Shown: positions 1 to 9,885, counted from the stretch's first letter. The stretch is DNA of 64,000 nucleotides from Candidatus Omnitrophota bacterium (GCA_013203315.1 JABMQJ010000018.1:18899-82898), one strand, 5' to 3'. Notes: a model not told the origin generated them from the sequence alone. Made by a program: numbers and translations.

Positions 1-2
1 AG

Positions 3-1124
3 CCGTGGTCTGATTTTGCTGGTTTTCTAATAAAAAATATATCGCGTTACCTACCTTTATTCAACTTGCACAAAATAAATCGTTGGCTTTTTGGGTATAT
101 TTTCGATGTTATCGTAGATTTAAGTTTTTTTGAACCTCTATTTCTGTTTAACGGAACAAAGATATTATGGTTTATAGATTCGGATAATACCCACATGCAG
201 GTTGCTGCTATAGCAATTAACAGGGTTGGCGGTATTAGTCTTGGTACGTCGGGATCCCTTGCACTCTTACCTGAGTGGAGCATTCACCACAACAAAAATG
301 ATATTTTCTTTGTTTGGGGCAAACGATTCCTCAATATAAGTATAAACACCAAAGACCAAAGCGATTCTTTTGTGATGACCGGGCATTTTGCGGACAAGGC
401 CTTTTTAGATGAGATCAAAAAGGCAGAGGAGTTCCGTTCCTCGCTTACAAAAAAATACCGAATAAAGAATGTAGTTACTTTTTTTGACACCGGCTCTGGT
501 TGGGATCAGTTTATTACTCCTAGGCGAGTTTTTGAGATATATGAGCAGTTTTTTGCATGGTTGAATGAGGATAACAGCAATTTTCTTGTAATTAAAGCAA
601 AAGGCCAAAAGACAATAAACAAATATCCTGAATTAAAAAAAGAGATAGACAAATTTTGTACAACTGGACATGCCCTCATTTCTTATGAAAGATCCGCTGT
701 ATACCCTGGGCTGGCAGCCGACGTTGCTTTAAGCGCATCTCCGACATTATCATCCATAACCGCTATGTTGGGTAGGCCTGTCATATTTTATGATATTCAG
801 GGCACATACGATGAATACTCCTTTGCGCTTCCGACTGTTAGTGTCATTGACGATGTGTGCAAGATGCGCGAAGCGATAAATATTGCGATAAGAAAAAAAC
901 AAAATCTTGGGTATCAATACAAGCTAGGGCCGATAAAAGATTCGGCCGTTGATCAATTTGCAGATGGGAAATCTATAGTCAGAATGCGTGCGTATATAGA
1001 AAATCTATTAGAGGCTTTTGACCAGAAACATTCTAATTCCGCCGCCATAAGATTTGCAAATGATGAGCATAAAAAACAGTGGGGTGAGGGTACTGTAACC
1101 AGAGGTCCTTTGCCGGTTAAGTAG
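3..1124 (+). CDS. 5'-truncated polysaccharide biosynthesis protein, probable GT-B-like fold (orphan transferase)
   Basis: The frame is open back to position 3 (PWSDFAGFLIKNISRYLPLF...), so the true start lies upstream of the window. C-terminal Rossmann-like pattern VIKAKG...ADVALSASPTLSSITAMLGRPVIFYD. Confidence 0.55.
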   Translation, partial: PWSDFAGFLIKNISRYLPLFNLHKINRWLFGYIFDVIVDLSFFEPLFLFNGTKILWFIDSDNTHMQVAAIAINRVGGISLGTSGSLALLPEWSIHHNKNDIFFVWGKRFLNISINTKDQSDSFVMTGHFADKAFLDEIKKAEEFRSSLTKKYRIKNVVTFFDTGSGWDQFITPRRVFEIYEQFFAWLNEDNSNFLVIKAKGQKTINKYPELKKEIDKFCTTGHALISYERSAVYPGLAADVALSASPTLSSITAMLGRPVIFYDIQGTYDEYSFALPTVSVIDDVCKMREAINIAIRKKQNLGYQYKLGPIKDSAVDQFADGKSIVRMRAYIENLLEAFDQKHSNSAAIRFANDEHKKQWGEGTVTRGPLPVK

Positions 1125-1135
1125 AAGAGGTATAT

Positions 1136-2338
1136 ATGAATTTTACTCGAAAAAAGCTAAATATGGTTGTTGTAGGTGCAGGCATGTATGCTTGCGGAAG
1201 AGGAACGAAAGAATATGGGACAATTATTCCAGCTATCCTTGAATGGAAGAAGAAGGGTAGCCTTGGTGAAGTCTATGTTGTCGGCACAAGTTCGAAAAAT
1301 ATACGGATATCTAAAAATAAAATAAAAAAGCTTGAAAAATACACGGGTATAAAAGCTCCTTTGACATATTTTCCACAAAATCGAACGAATGATTTGCAAT
1401 GTTACAAAAAAGCGATACGCATGGTTCCCAAGCCTGCAGTCTGCATTATAGCCGTTCCGGATAATCTTCATAGTCGTATCGCAAGCGAAGCAATTAAAGC
1501 AGGTGTGCATACGTTTGTCGTAAAACCGCTCGCGCCGACAGTAAAAGAAGTTTTGAAGCTAGTTAGCGCTGGCAAGAGAAAAGGTGTTTATTGCGCCGTA
1601 GATTTTCATAAGCGCTTTGACCGCGCTAATATAAAATTAAAAGATACAATCTTGCAGAACGTAATAGGCGATCCTTTGTATTTTCTCGCTGAATATAGCC
1701 AGCGAAAGAGCATACCGCATAAAAGATTTAGAAAATGGGTTAAAAATACGAATATATTCCAATATCTCGGAATCCACTATCTTGATATCATATATTTTGT
1801 TACGGGCGCTACCCCTAAAAGGGCGATGGCAACCGGGCAAAAAGGATGGCTTTTTTCGAAGGGAATAAATACCTACGATTCAATTGAGGCCCACATAGAA
1901 TGGGAGACCTCATCCGGTAAAAAATTCACTTCGCATATATTAACAAATTGGATTGACCCTGAGTCGACATCCGCAATGTCAGACCAGAAAATTAAAGTAA
2001 TAGGTACTAAAGGAAGATTTGAGTCAGATCAGAAAAGAAGGGGCATAACGATTGTTACAGATGAAAAAGGCATAGAGGAACCTAATCCATATTTTTGTTC
2101 TGCTTACGGCAAAGACGGAGCAGCTTCTTACCGTGGTTATGGAATAGAGAGCATTCACCAGTTCTTAGAAGATGTAATGCAAATTACCGAATACAGGCTA
2201 AGCATAGAAGAGCTGGAAGATAAAAGACCTACTTTTAAACAATCTCTAGTACTAACGGCCACTCTGGAAGCTGTAAACAAAAGCCTTAAGAACAATAATC
2301 AATGGGTAAGGGTTGGGAGCGTGAAGCAATATGACTAA
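1136..2338 (+). CDS. Gfo/Idh/MocA family NAD(P)-dependent oxidoreductase
   Basis: VVGAGMY dinucleotide motif, IAVPDNLH, VKPLA (EKP-equivalent), DFHKRFD; GAGG RBS upstream. Confidence 0.8.
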   Translation: MNFTRKKLNMVVVGAGMYACGRGTKEYGTIIPAILEWKKKGSLGEVYVVGTSSKNIRISKNKIKKLEKYTGIKAPLTYFPQNRTNDLQCYKKAIRMVPKPAVCIIAVPDNLHSRIASEAIKAGVHTFVVKPLAPTVKEVLKLVSAGKRKGVYCAVDFHKRFDRANIKLKDTILQNVIGDPLYFLAEYSQRKSIPHKRFRKWVKNTNIFQYLGIHYLDIIYFVTGATPKRAMATGQKGWLFSKGINTYDSIEAHIEWETSSGKKFTSHILTNWIDPESTSAMSDQKIKVIGTKGRFESDQKRRGITIVTDEKGIEEPNPYFCSAYGKDGAASYRGYGIESIHQFLEDVMQITEYRLSIEELEDKRPTFKQSLVLTATLEAVNKSLKNNNQWVRVGSVKQYD

Positions 2339-3398
2339 GATTCGAATTCCTGTTAATAAACTTAAAAGTTTTGCTAAAGAAGTTTTGTTGAAAGCGGGTA
2401 CACGCAAAGATGTGGCGGAATATGTTGCCGAAGGTCTTGCACAAACTTCTTTAAGAGGCGTTGATTCACATGGCATAAGACTTTTTCCTCACTATCTTGA
2501 AGGTGTCAAAAAAGGGCGAATTAACCCAAAACCAAAATACAAATTTAAAAAAACATCTGCAACTACGGGACTATTTGATGCCGATCATACGTTTGGTCAT
2601 GCCGCAGGCATGGAAGCCGCCAAAAAAGCAGTTAAACTTGCTAGTGAAGCAGGCACCGGCCATATCGCTATTTATAACTCAAGTCACTTTGGAGCGGCGG
2701 CGTACTATGCGTTAGAAATAGCGAAACACGATATGATAGGGATGAGTTTTACAAACACAGACGCCCTTGTTAAAACATACGCAGGCAAAAGATCCTTTTT
2801 AGGTAATAACCCTATATGTTTTGCTGCCCCGTGCAAGGATGAAGAGCCGTTTTGTCTTGATATGGCTACGAGCATAGTAACCTTTAATAAGATAAAACAG
2901 CTATGTGCAGAAGGTAAAGAAGCTCCACCGGGAGTTGGCACAGATAAAGAAGGGATGGAAACCACCAAGTCATTCGATATAAGTATGCTTTTACCCATGG
3001 GTACCTATAAAGGCTACGGTCTTAGTATGGTTATAGAAATTTTATGTAGTTTACTGACAGGCGCACCTTACGGACCGCATATTCCAAAGATGTTTGAGCG
3101 GCCTATGAATGAAAAACGTTACCTAGGGCATTTCATAATAGCTATAAATATTGGTTGTTTCCAAAAAATAAATGTTTTTAAAGAACGCTTATCTTGTATG
3201 ATGAATGAGCTCAGAAGTGAACCGAGATTGAATGCGGAAATACCTATTCAAATAGCGGGTGATCCCGAGAAAAATGCTGCTAGAAAAAGAACGATCGAAG
3301 GCATTCCGGTAGATCAAGAAGAGTATGAAAGGTTCAAAAAAATCGCCAATGAATATAAAATTGTTATTGATTTCGATAAAAAAGGAGACCGACATTGA
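2331..3398 (+). CDS. Ldh_2 (malate/L-lactate/ureidoglycolate/sulfolactate dehydrogenase; AllD/ComC/YiaK-like) family oxidoreductase
   Basis: Family motifs RGVDSHG, SSHFGAA, GNNPICFAAP, LDMATS, GTYKGYGL. Confidence 0.88.
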   Translation: MTKIRIPVNKLKSFAKEVLLKAGTRKDVAEYVAEGLAQTSLRGVDSHGIRLFPHYLEGVKKGRINPKPKYKFKKTSATTGLFDADHTFGHAAGMEAAKKAVKLASEAGTGHIAIYNSSHFGAAAYYALEIAKHDMIGMSFTNTDALVKTYAGKRSFLGNNPICFAAPCKDEEPFCLDMATSIVTFNKIKQLCAEGKEAPPGVGTDKEGMETTKSFDISMLLPMGTYKGYGLSMVIEILCSLLTGAPYGPHIPKMFERPMNEKRYLGHFIIAINIGCFQKINVFKERLSCMMNELRSEPRLNAEIPIQIAGDPEKNAARKRTIEGIPVDQEEYERFKKIANEYKIVIDFDKKGDRH

Positions 3399-3508
3399 AT
3401 CTATTGAAAGTGCTGATCAAAAAAATAGCAATGTTTTTTGCTAAATATTTTTCAAACGGGAAAAAAAATGATTCGACTCCACCGGATGATTATTACCCTC
3501 TTTTTTAG
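3395..3508 (+). CDS. 37-aa microprotein MNLLKVLIKKIAMFFAKYFSNGKKNDSTPPDDYYPLF (not in the supplied ORF track)
   Basis: TTG start overlaps the TGA of the Ldh gene (TTGA). Strong AAAGGAG RBS at 3381-3387, 7 nt upstream. It fills the otherwise unexplained 122-nt gap, and its TAG is followed at once by the RBS of the next gene. Confidence 0.7.
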   Translation: MNLLKVLIKKIAMFFAKYFSNGKKNDSTPPDDYYPLF

Positions 3509-3520
3509 AAAGGAAACTTT

Positions 3521-4624
3521 ATGTTTTGGTTAATAATTTTCTTGATTTCAATAATATCTTTAGAAGTTGCATCGTATTTTATATACCGCAGCAATAAAGA
3601 CATAAAGGAAATTTTAAAAGAAATGCTTAAAAGGAGCCAGAAAGGTGACATAAGAACTTTTACGCCCAGATATATAGAGCATCCTTTTCTTGCATTTAGC
3701 CTAAACCCTGAATTCAAAAATTCTTTTGGAGAAAAAATCCATAACAAATATGGTTTCCGAAGCAATGATGATTTTTCCAACATTAAGGAGAAGGATCTTA
3801 TATATTGCGCAGGTGCAAGCTCTACATATTGCAATTTTATCGAAAAAAACGAGGATACTTGGCCTCACATCCTGGAAGGGGAATTACATCAAGAATTAAA
3901 CCACGATGACATAAGAGTTATAAACGGCGGCTGCGGTGCTTGGACGAGCTATCAGAGTTTAATAAGGTTTTCTGCCTGGGTAGATGTTATGAAGCCAAAA
4001 CTCGTTATTATATATCATGGGAAAAATGATTTTTCACCAATATTAAACGCTAAACCATCGGTGTCAGAAATCTATCCCGATTACGGAAACGTTATGCGTT
4101 CACTACGATTTGATAGTGTTGCGAGATATCTTCCTCGGCTTGCAAAATATACATATACGGGCAAGGTTTTGTATGGGCGTTACATAAATTCAAAGTACAG
4201 CAACGTATTATGGCACGTATATAATTTAAACAAATTGCTGACGCGAGAAACAGCCTTAAAGAATACACAGAGAATAGGCTCGAGAGAAAAAGATATTATA
4301 TTTTCAAGGTTTAAATCGTTTGCATCCCTGTGTAGCTATAGGGCAATTCCTATTCTTTTTGTTGCCCAGAAAGTAATAAGCGACATCTTCGAGCCTTACA
4401 TAAAGGAGCTGAATGAGCGAATAGCGACACTGGAGGACCGTGCCAATGGGTGTTTCGTGTATGATTTCGCTAAAGACGTTGTTGACAAAAAAAATCTGCT
4501 TTCTGACCACATACACTTTTCAGAAAATGGCACAAAAATTTTCAGTAAACTTTTAAAGAATTATATAGTACGCAATATCACTCCTTTTAAAGAAGGAAAA
4601 GAGAAAGTCCATGTCAGTAAATAG
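3521..4624 (+). CDS. Membrane-anchored SGNH/GDSL hydrolase-family protein (candidate periplasmic acyltransferase/esterase)
   Basis: N-terminal TM helix; block I GASST, block II INGGCG, block III HGKND, block V DHIH. Confidence 0.8.
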   Translation: MFWLIIFLISIISLEVASYFIYRSNKDIKEILKEMLKRSQKGDIRTFTPRYIEHPFLAFSLNPEFKNSFGEKIHNKYGFRSNDDFSNIKEKDLIYCAGASSTYCNFIEKNEDTWPHILEGELHQELNHDDIRVINGGCGAWTSYQSLIRFSAWVDVMKPKLVIIYHGKNDFSPILNAKPSVSEIYPDYGNVMRSLRFDSVARYLPRLAKYTYTGKVLYGRYINSKYSNVLWHVYNLNKLLTRETALKNTQRIGSREKDIIFSRFKSFASLCSYRAIPILFVAQKVISDIFEPYIKELNERIATLEDRANGCFVYDFAKDVVDKKNLLSDHIHFSENGTKIFSKLLKNYIVRNITPFKEGKEKVHVSK

Positions 4625-6281
4625 TAGTATCACAGATTTGGCTATTATTATTCCACCAGCAGGGCCAAAAAATTCAAATTATCCGCCTTACGGAGCCTTG
4701 TATATAGCCGGTGCACTAAAAGAGGCTGGGTACCAGACAGAAATAGTAAACGTTGACACGGAGCGGTATACAAATCAAGAGGTAGTTGAAAAAATAAGAA
4801 AATTAAACCCTACATATATAGGATTCAGTGGGATAGTGGCGCCATCCTACAAGTACATTAAAGATATAAGTTTTGATTTTAGGAAAGCGTTTGCGAACAA
4901 AGTGCAGATTTTAGGCGGAGGGTTAGCCAGTGCTGCCGAAGCCGTGCTGAAAAACACATCCATAAATATCATCGTCAGAGGCGAAGGAGATAGAACAATT
5001 GTAGAATTAATGGACTGCTTGAAAAAAGGCGGCGATCTGAAAAATGTGCCCGGAATTTGCTATAAAGAAGGAAGCAAGATTGCATATTCTGTCGATAGAC
5101 GCTTAATTATGAACCTAGATAGCCTCCCGTATCCCGCATTTGATTTGATAGACATGGATAAATATCTTCCTAACGGAGCTGAATTTATCCAAGGTTTTAC
5201 AAGAGGGATAGATGATAAAAGGATCTACCGCTTAAAAAAAAGTGGAAAAAGAAAGATGATTTCTTTTATGACAAGTCGAGGATGCTTTGGCAGGTGTGCT
5301 TTTTGTTTTAGAGCCTATCCCGGCCTAAGAATGTATTCGATAGACTACATTTTTAATTTTATAGACTACTGTATAGAAAAATTTAATGTAGGCTTTATTA
5401 CTTTTGCGGATGAATGTTTTGCACCGAATAAGAAAAGGAATTGGGAATTTATAGAAGAGTTTAAAAAAAGAAAACCAGATATTGTTTTTAGAATATTAGG
5501 AATGCGGGTGGATACTGTAGATAAAGAAATTCTAAAAGCTTATAAAGAAATCGGATGCTGGATGATAGAATACGGCTTCGAATCAGGCAGCCAAAAAATG
5601 CTTAATATAATAAGTAAAGATGTAACAGTAGAAGACAACAGGTGTGCGGCATTGTGGTCAAAAGAAGCAGGAATATTTACCATGCCGACCGCAGTTTTAG
5701 GCATGCCCGGCGAAACAAACGAAACCATACAGGAAACCATAAATTTTCTAAAATCGCTCTCGTTAGATTTCAAGCAATTTCAGTGGTCATATGCCCTTCC
5801 TATACCCGGATCACAACTTTATGACTTTGCAAAGCTAACAGGTGCCATAGATGACGATGATAAATATCTTTCGTCTTTGGTAGGGCCTGTTGGGCATGCG
5901 GGTATTTTTCACATCAATCTTACAGATCAACCGGACGAAGAGGTTGCAAACTGGGCTAGGAAAATAAGCCGAGAGCTGGATAATGATTTTTTTAATCGAA
6001 AGCTTAAGTATAAACATAAATTTATAAAAGAATTGATGCGTCTTATTGCCTTGATAGAGCTTCACCATAGAAAGAAAACCTTGTTTTCTGTGCTAAGGCT
6101 ACGGGTTAAAAACTTTTTTAAAAGACACAAAGTCGGAAAAAACCAAAAAGCAGGGATTTGCTTCAGGAAAAAAATAACAATAGACGTAGAACGATTTATT
6201 AATAAAAATTCATATTTTAATGTAGACAATGAAGTCTCGCTCAAGCGTATTAATAAAAAGCTAAACGAGATAGTAACATAG
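4611..6281 (+). CDS. B12-binding domain radical SAM protein
   Basis: N-terminal YPPYGALYIAG cobalamin-binding domain, RGEGD, SRGCFGRCAFC (CxxxCxxC), GFESGSQ, GMPGET. Confidence 0.9.
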   Translation: MSVNSSITDLAIIIPPAGPKNSNYPPYGALYIAGALKEAGYQTEIVNVDTERYTNQEVVEKIRKLNPTYIGFSGIVAPSYKYIKDISFDFRKAFANKVQILGGGLASAAEAVLKNTSINIIVRGEGDRTIVELMDCLKKGGDLKNVPGICYKEGSKIAYSVDRRLIMNLDSLPYPAFDLIDMDKYLPNGAEFIQGFTRGIDDKRIYRLKKSGKRKMISFMTSRGCFGRCAFCFRAYPGLRMYSIDYIFNFIDYCIEKFNVGFITFADECFAPNKKRNWEFIEEFKKRKPDIVFRILGMRVDTVDKEILKAYKEIGCWMIEYGFESGSQKMLNIISKDVTVEDNRCAALWSKEAGIFTMPTAVLGMPGETNETIQETINFLKSLSLDFKQFQWSYALPIPGSQLYDFAKLTGAIDDDDKYLSSLVGPVGHAGIFHINLTDQPDEEVANWARKISRELDNDFFNRKLKYKHKFIKELMRLIALIELHHRKKTLFSVLRLRVKNFFKRHKVGKNQKAGICFRKKITIDVERFINKNSYFNVDNEVSLKRINKKLNEIVT

Positions 6282-6283
6282 TT

Positions 6284-7027
6284 ATGAAAAAAATACTTTC
6301 CGGAAAACAGAAAATACTAGCCATGATACCTGCAAGAATGGGCAGTACAAGGCTTTCCATGAAAAATCTTGCACTTATCAATAAAAAACCTCTTATTTAT
6401 TATGCTGTTGGAGCCGCCAAAGCGTCAAAGATATTTGATGACATAATTATCAATTCCGAGGATGGTATATTCAAAAAAATAGCAGCGCGCTATAAAGTAA
6501 AATTTTATAAAAGGCCTATTAAATTAGGCGGTTCCTCTGTTAAATCCGATATGGTTGTATATGATTTTATCAAGAAAAACCCCTGTGATATCGTCGTATG
6601 GGTTAATACTATAGCACCGCTTCAAGTCGGGGAGGAAATTAAAAATATAGTAAAATATTTTGTTAATAAAAAACTCGATTCACTCATAACGGTTAAAGAC
6701 GAACGAGTTCACTGTATATATAAAGGCAAGCCCGTTAATTTCAAGAAAGAAGCCACTTTTGCTAAAACGCAGGATCTTTTGCCGGTTCAACCCTTTGTAT
6801 ATTCGGTTATGATGTGGCGAACGGATGTCTTTATGAGCACCTTCAAGAAAAAAGGGCACGCGCTTTTCTGCGGCAAGACAGCTTTTTATCCGGTAAGCAA
6901 GCTATCAACATTTATAATCAAGAGAAAAGAAGACCTTGCATTGGCAGATTTTATTATGCGTGCGATGAAAAAAAGATACAGGGTGTGCTATGACAAAGTT
7001 CTCAAAAATAGGAGAACAGGGAATTGA
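6284..7027 (+). CDS. Acylneuraminate/CMP-ulosonate cytidylyltransferase family (NeuA-like), atypical C-terminus
   Basis: IPARMGSTRLSMKN...KPLI nucleotide loop and KTQDL. The usual C-terminal DID is replaced by IIK. Confidence 0.8.
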   Translation: MKKILSGKQKILAMIPARMGSTRLSMKNLALINKKPLIYYAVGAAKASKIFDDIIINSEDGIFKKIAARYKVKFYKRPIKLGGSSVKSDMVVYDFIKKNPCDIVVWVNTIAPLQVGEEIKNIVKYFVNKKLDSLITVKDERVHCIYKGKPVNFKKEATFAKTQDLLPVQPFVYSVMMWRTDVFMSTFKKKGHALFCGKTAFYPVSKLSTFIIKRKEDLALADFIMRAMKKRYRVCYDKVLKNRRTGN

Positions 7028-8409
7028 AAAACTATAATGTCTCAATTATCATAAGAACCAAAAATGAAGAGCGCTGGATATCACAGTGCCTGAACGCTGT
7101 TTTGAGCCAAACCTATAGGGATTTCGAAATCATCATAGTTGATAACGAAAGTCAGGACAAAACAATAGAGAAGGCAAAACAATTTAAGGAACGGCTTAGC
7201 GATAAAAATAGGCTGAAAGTCATAGAATGCAGTGACTATCTTCCGGGAAAAGCGTTAAACATGGGAATAGAAAAAGCTACCGGGACATTTATTGCATGTC
7301 TATCTGGGCATTGTATTCCTGCAAACGATAAATGGCTGGAAAGTCTTTTAGAGCCTTTTGGTACAGACCAGCGTGGCGTTATAGCCGGGGTATACGGACG
7401 GCAGCAGCCGATGTCTTTTACGTCTGACTCTGATAAAAGAGATTTGACCCTGGTTTTCGGGATGGACAAGAGGGTCCAGAAAAAGGATAGCTTCTTCCAC
7501 AATGCCAACAGCATGATAAGGCGGGATGTATGGAAAGATGTGCGATTCGATGACAAGGTCACGAATATTGAAGACAGGGTATGGGCAAAAGAGGTACTGG
7601 ATAGAAAAAAGGAGATTGTATATACACCCGATGCCAGCGTATATCATTATCACGGGATACACCAAAATGGAAATAGCGAAAGATGTGCCAACGTAGTTCG
7701 AATAATGGAAGGCATGCATTCCGATTACAGCAAAAAATACATCGAAATCGAAAAGCTGAACATAGTTGCCCTAATACCCATAAAAGACGAAATCAAATAC
7801 TTAAATAAAAAACCTCTTATTGAATACACCGTAAAAAGGGCCTTGGATTCAAAATATGTTAAAAAAGTAGTAGTTTCAACCGATAATGAAAAAATGGCCA
7901 GCCTCGCAAAAAAACTCGGAGCAGAAGCACCCTTTATAAGAGACCCGTATCTTTCAAAAGAAGACGTAAGTATAAGTAATGTGCTAGAATTTTCACTCAA
8001 AAAAATGGAAGAAGAAAAAATATTTCCAGATCTTATTGTATCACTCGAGGCTACCTTTCCGTTCCGGCCAAGCGGTCTGATAGACGGGATGATAATAGAG
8101 CTGGCAAAAAGAGGGTTAGATAGTATAAGGGCCGTCAAAACGGAAAATAAGGCTATTTGGAAAGAAGAACGCGATAGGAATATAAAACAGCTTGATGAGG
8201 GAGTAACACCCCGCAAATTAAAGGACCCAACTTTCATAGAACTCAGGGGAGTGGGGACCGTAACACACCCAGAGTTCTTAAGAAACGGTTCTCTTTTTGG
8301 GCAAAAAAATGGTATTTACGAAGTAAATAACCCCTATTCGCACATTGAGGTAAGAGACGAGGAGGATTTTGAAATGGCTTCGGTTCTCATGAAGGAATGG
8401 TTTAAATAA
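7024..8409 (+). CDS. GT2 glycosyltransferase fused to a degenerate NeuA-like cytidylyltransferase domain
   Basis: N-half: SIIIRTKNEE, IVDNESQD, FHNANS, IEDRVW. C-half: KPLIEY, VVVSTD, APFIRD, EATFPFR, but without the ARxGSK loop. Confidence 0.8.
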   Translation: MKNYNVSIIIRTKNEERWISQCLNAVLSQTYRDFEIIIVDNESQDKTIEKAKQFKERLSDKNRLKVIECSDYLPGKALNMGIEKATGTFIACLSGHCIPANDKWLESLLEPFGTDQRGVIAGVYGRQQPMSFTSDSDKRDLTLVFGMDKRVQKKDSFFHNANSMIRRDVWKDVRFDDKVTNIEDRVWAKEVLDRKKEIVYTPDASVYHYHGIHQNGNSERCANVVRIMEGMHSDYSKKYIEIEKLNIVALIPIKDEIKYLNKKPLIEYTVKRALDSKYVKKVVVSTDNEKMASLAKKLGAEAPFIRDPYLSKEDVSISNVLEFSLKKMEEEKIFPDLIVSLEATFPFRPSGLIDGMIIELAKRGLDSIRAVKTENKAIWKEERDRNIKQLDEGVTPRKLKDPTFIELRGVGTVTHPEFLRNGSLFGQKNGIYEVNNPYSHIEVRDEEDFEMASVLMKEWFK

Positions 8410-8412
8410 AAC

Positions 8413-9885
8413 ATGAAAATTTATTTTGTATACCCAGACATCTCATCCTTTCACGGTCTTCCGTACCATGCTGGACTTGCGTCGATTGCATCAACACTGA
8501 TTGAGCATGGTCACGAAGTCAGGGTAAGCTATTTCGATAATATCAATAAGACGAAAGACATCGTACAAGATATACGCGCTTTTAAAGCTAAGTTGGTTGG
8601 CTTTACTACCGTTGAAACTCAATCTCGATATGCAAAACACCTCGCCTCGGAAATAAAAAAAACGCATCCTTGCTTTATTGTCTCTGGTGGTCCTCATGCA
8701 ACATTAGCACCGGAAAGCATGCTTGATAATAATAGTTCTATTGACGCGGTTATTATCGGAGAGGGAGAGCGTGCAGTGACGGAACTAGTTGAAAAACTTG
8801 AAAAAGGCGAAAGCTGGTCGCACCTGAATAACATTGTTTATCGTGATAAAAAAACAGAGCACTTGATAAAGAACCGGTTAAATCCCCTTATTGATAATCT
8901 TGACTCCTTAAGCTACCCGGCTACAGAGCTTTTTCCGTATCAAGATATAATAAACCGCCATAATATAGCGATGTTCCATTTTAATAGAGGGTGCCCTTAT
9001 CGGTGTGGTTTTTGCTCGAACGTTGCCCTTGGCAAGATCTACGATTTGCCGTCGAATCGTGTAAGATTCCGGTCAGTTGAAAGCGTGATTGATGAGATTA
9101 ATGCTACGCTTTCGAAATATAGATTACGTGATGACACGGTTCTGCATTTCAGCGACGATTTGTTCACATTAAATAAAAAGTGGATAACTCATTTCTGCGA
9201 TCTTTACAGAGAAAAAATCGGTAGACCATTCTGGTGCACCGGAAGATCAAATCTTATGACCGAAGAGATATGTGCGGTTCTAAAAAAGGCAGGGTGTGTA
9301 TTACTTATGATGAGTGTTGAGTCGGGCAACGATTACATTCGCAACAAAGTGATGTTGCGTGATATAGACAGGGAGACAATGTTCAGGTCCTTTGATTTGT
9401 GCCACAAGCACGGAATCAATACCTTGGCAACGTGTATTATAGGGCTTCCGTTCGAAACAATAGAGATGATAGAGGATTCCATCAAGACCGTGACCAAGCT
9501 CAAGTCCATTACTTCATACGGTATCAATATTTTTTATCCATATCAGGGGACATATTTGAGGAAAGTTTGTGAAGAGAAGGGGCTCATGTCGTCACGAATC
9601 GAGAATGATTTTATAGAACGTAAGGGTTCGATTTTAAACCTGCCCGATTTGCCTAATGATAAACTGTTATACTATTATAACAATTGGATAAGTCTGATTA
9701 TGCGACATAAGCTGGCAAAGGAAAGAATAAAATATGCGCTACGTAACTGGTGGCAAGTGGTTAGAAAAACAGCCTTTGGCGACAAAATACGCCACATTAT
9801 AAACAACACAAGGCTTGGGAAAGCATTCAAAAAATATATAATGAAACACGTTTGGAGCCGCAATTACGCGGAAAGAACTGTATGA
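8413..9885 (+). CDS. B12-binding domain radical SAM protein
   Basis: GGPHAT, IGEGE, NRGCPYRCGFC, DDLF, VESG, GLPFET. Confidence 0.9.
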   Translation: MKIYFVYPDISSFHGLPYHAGLASIASTLIEHGHEVRVSYFDNINKTKDIVQDIRAFKAKLVGFTTVETQSRYAKHLASEIKKTHPCFIVSGGPHATLAPESMLDNNSSIDAVIIGEGERAVTELVEKLEKGESWSHLNNIVYRDKKTEHLIKNRLNPLIDNLDSLSYPATELFPYQDIINRHNIAMFHFNRGCPYRCGFCSNVALGKIYDLPSNRVRFRSVESVIDEINATLSKYRLRDDTVLHFSDDLFTLNKKWITHFCDLYREKIGRPFWCTGRSNLMTEEICAVLKKAGCVLLMMSVESGNDYIRNKVMLRDIDRETMFRSFDLCHKHGINTLATCIIGLPFETIEMIEDSIKTVTKLKSITSYGINIFYPYQGTYLRKVCEEKGLMSSRIENDFIERKGSILNLPDLPNDKLLYYYNNWISLIMRHKLAKERIKYALRNWWQVVRKTAFGDKIRHIINNTRLGKAFKKYIMKHVWSRNYAERTV

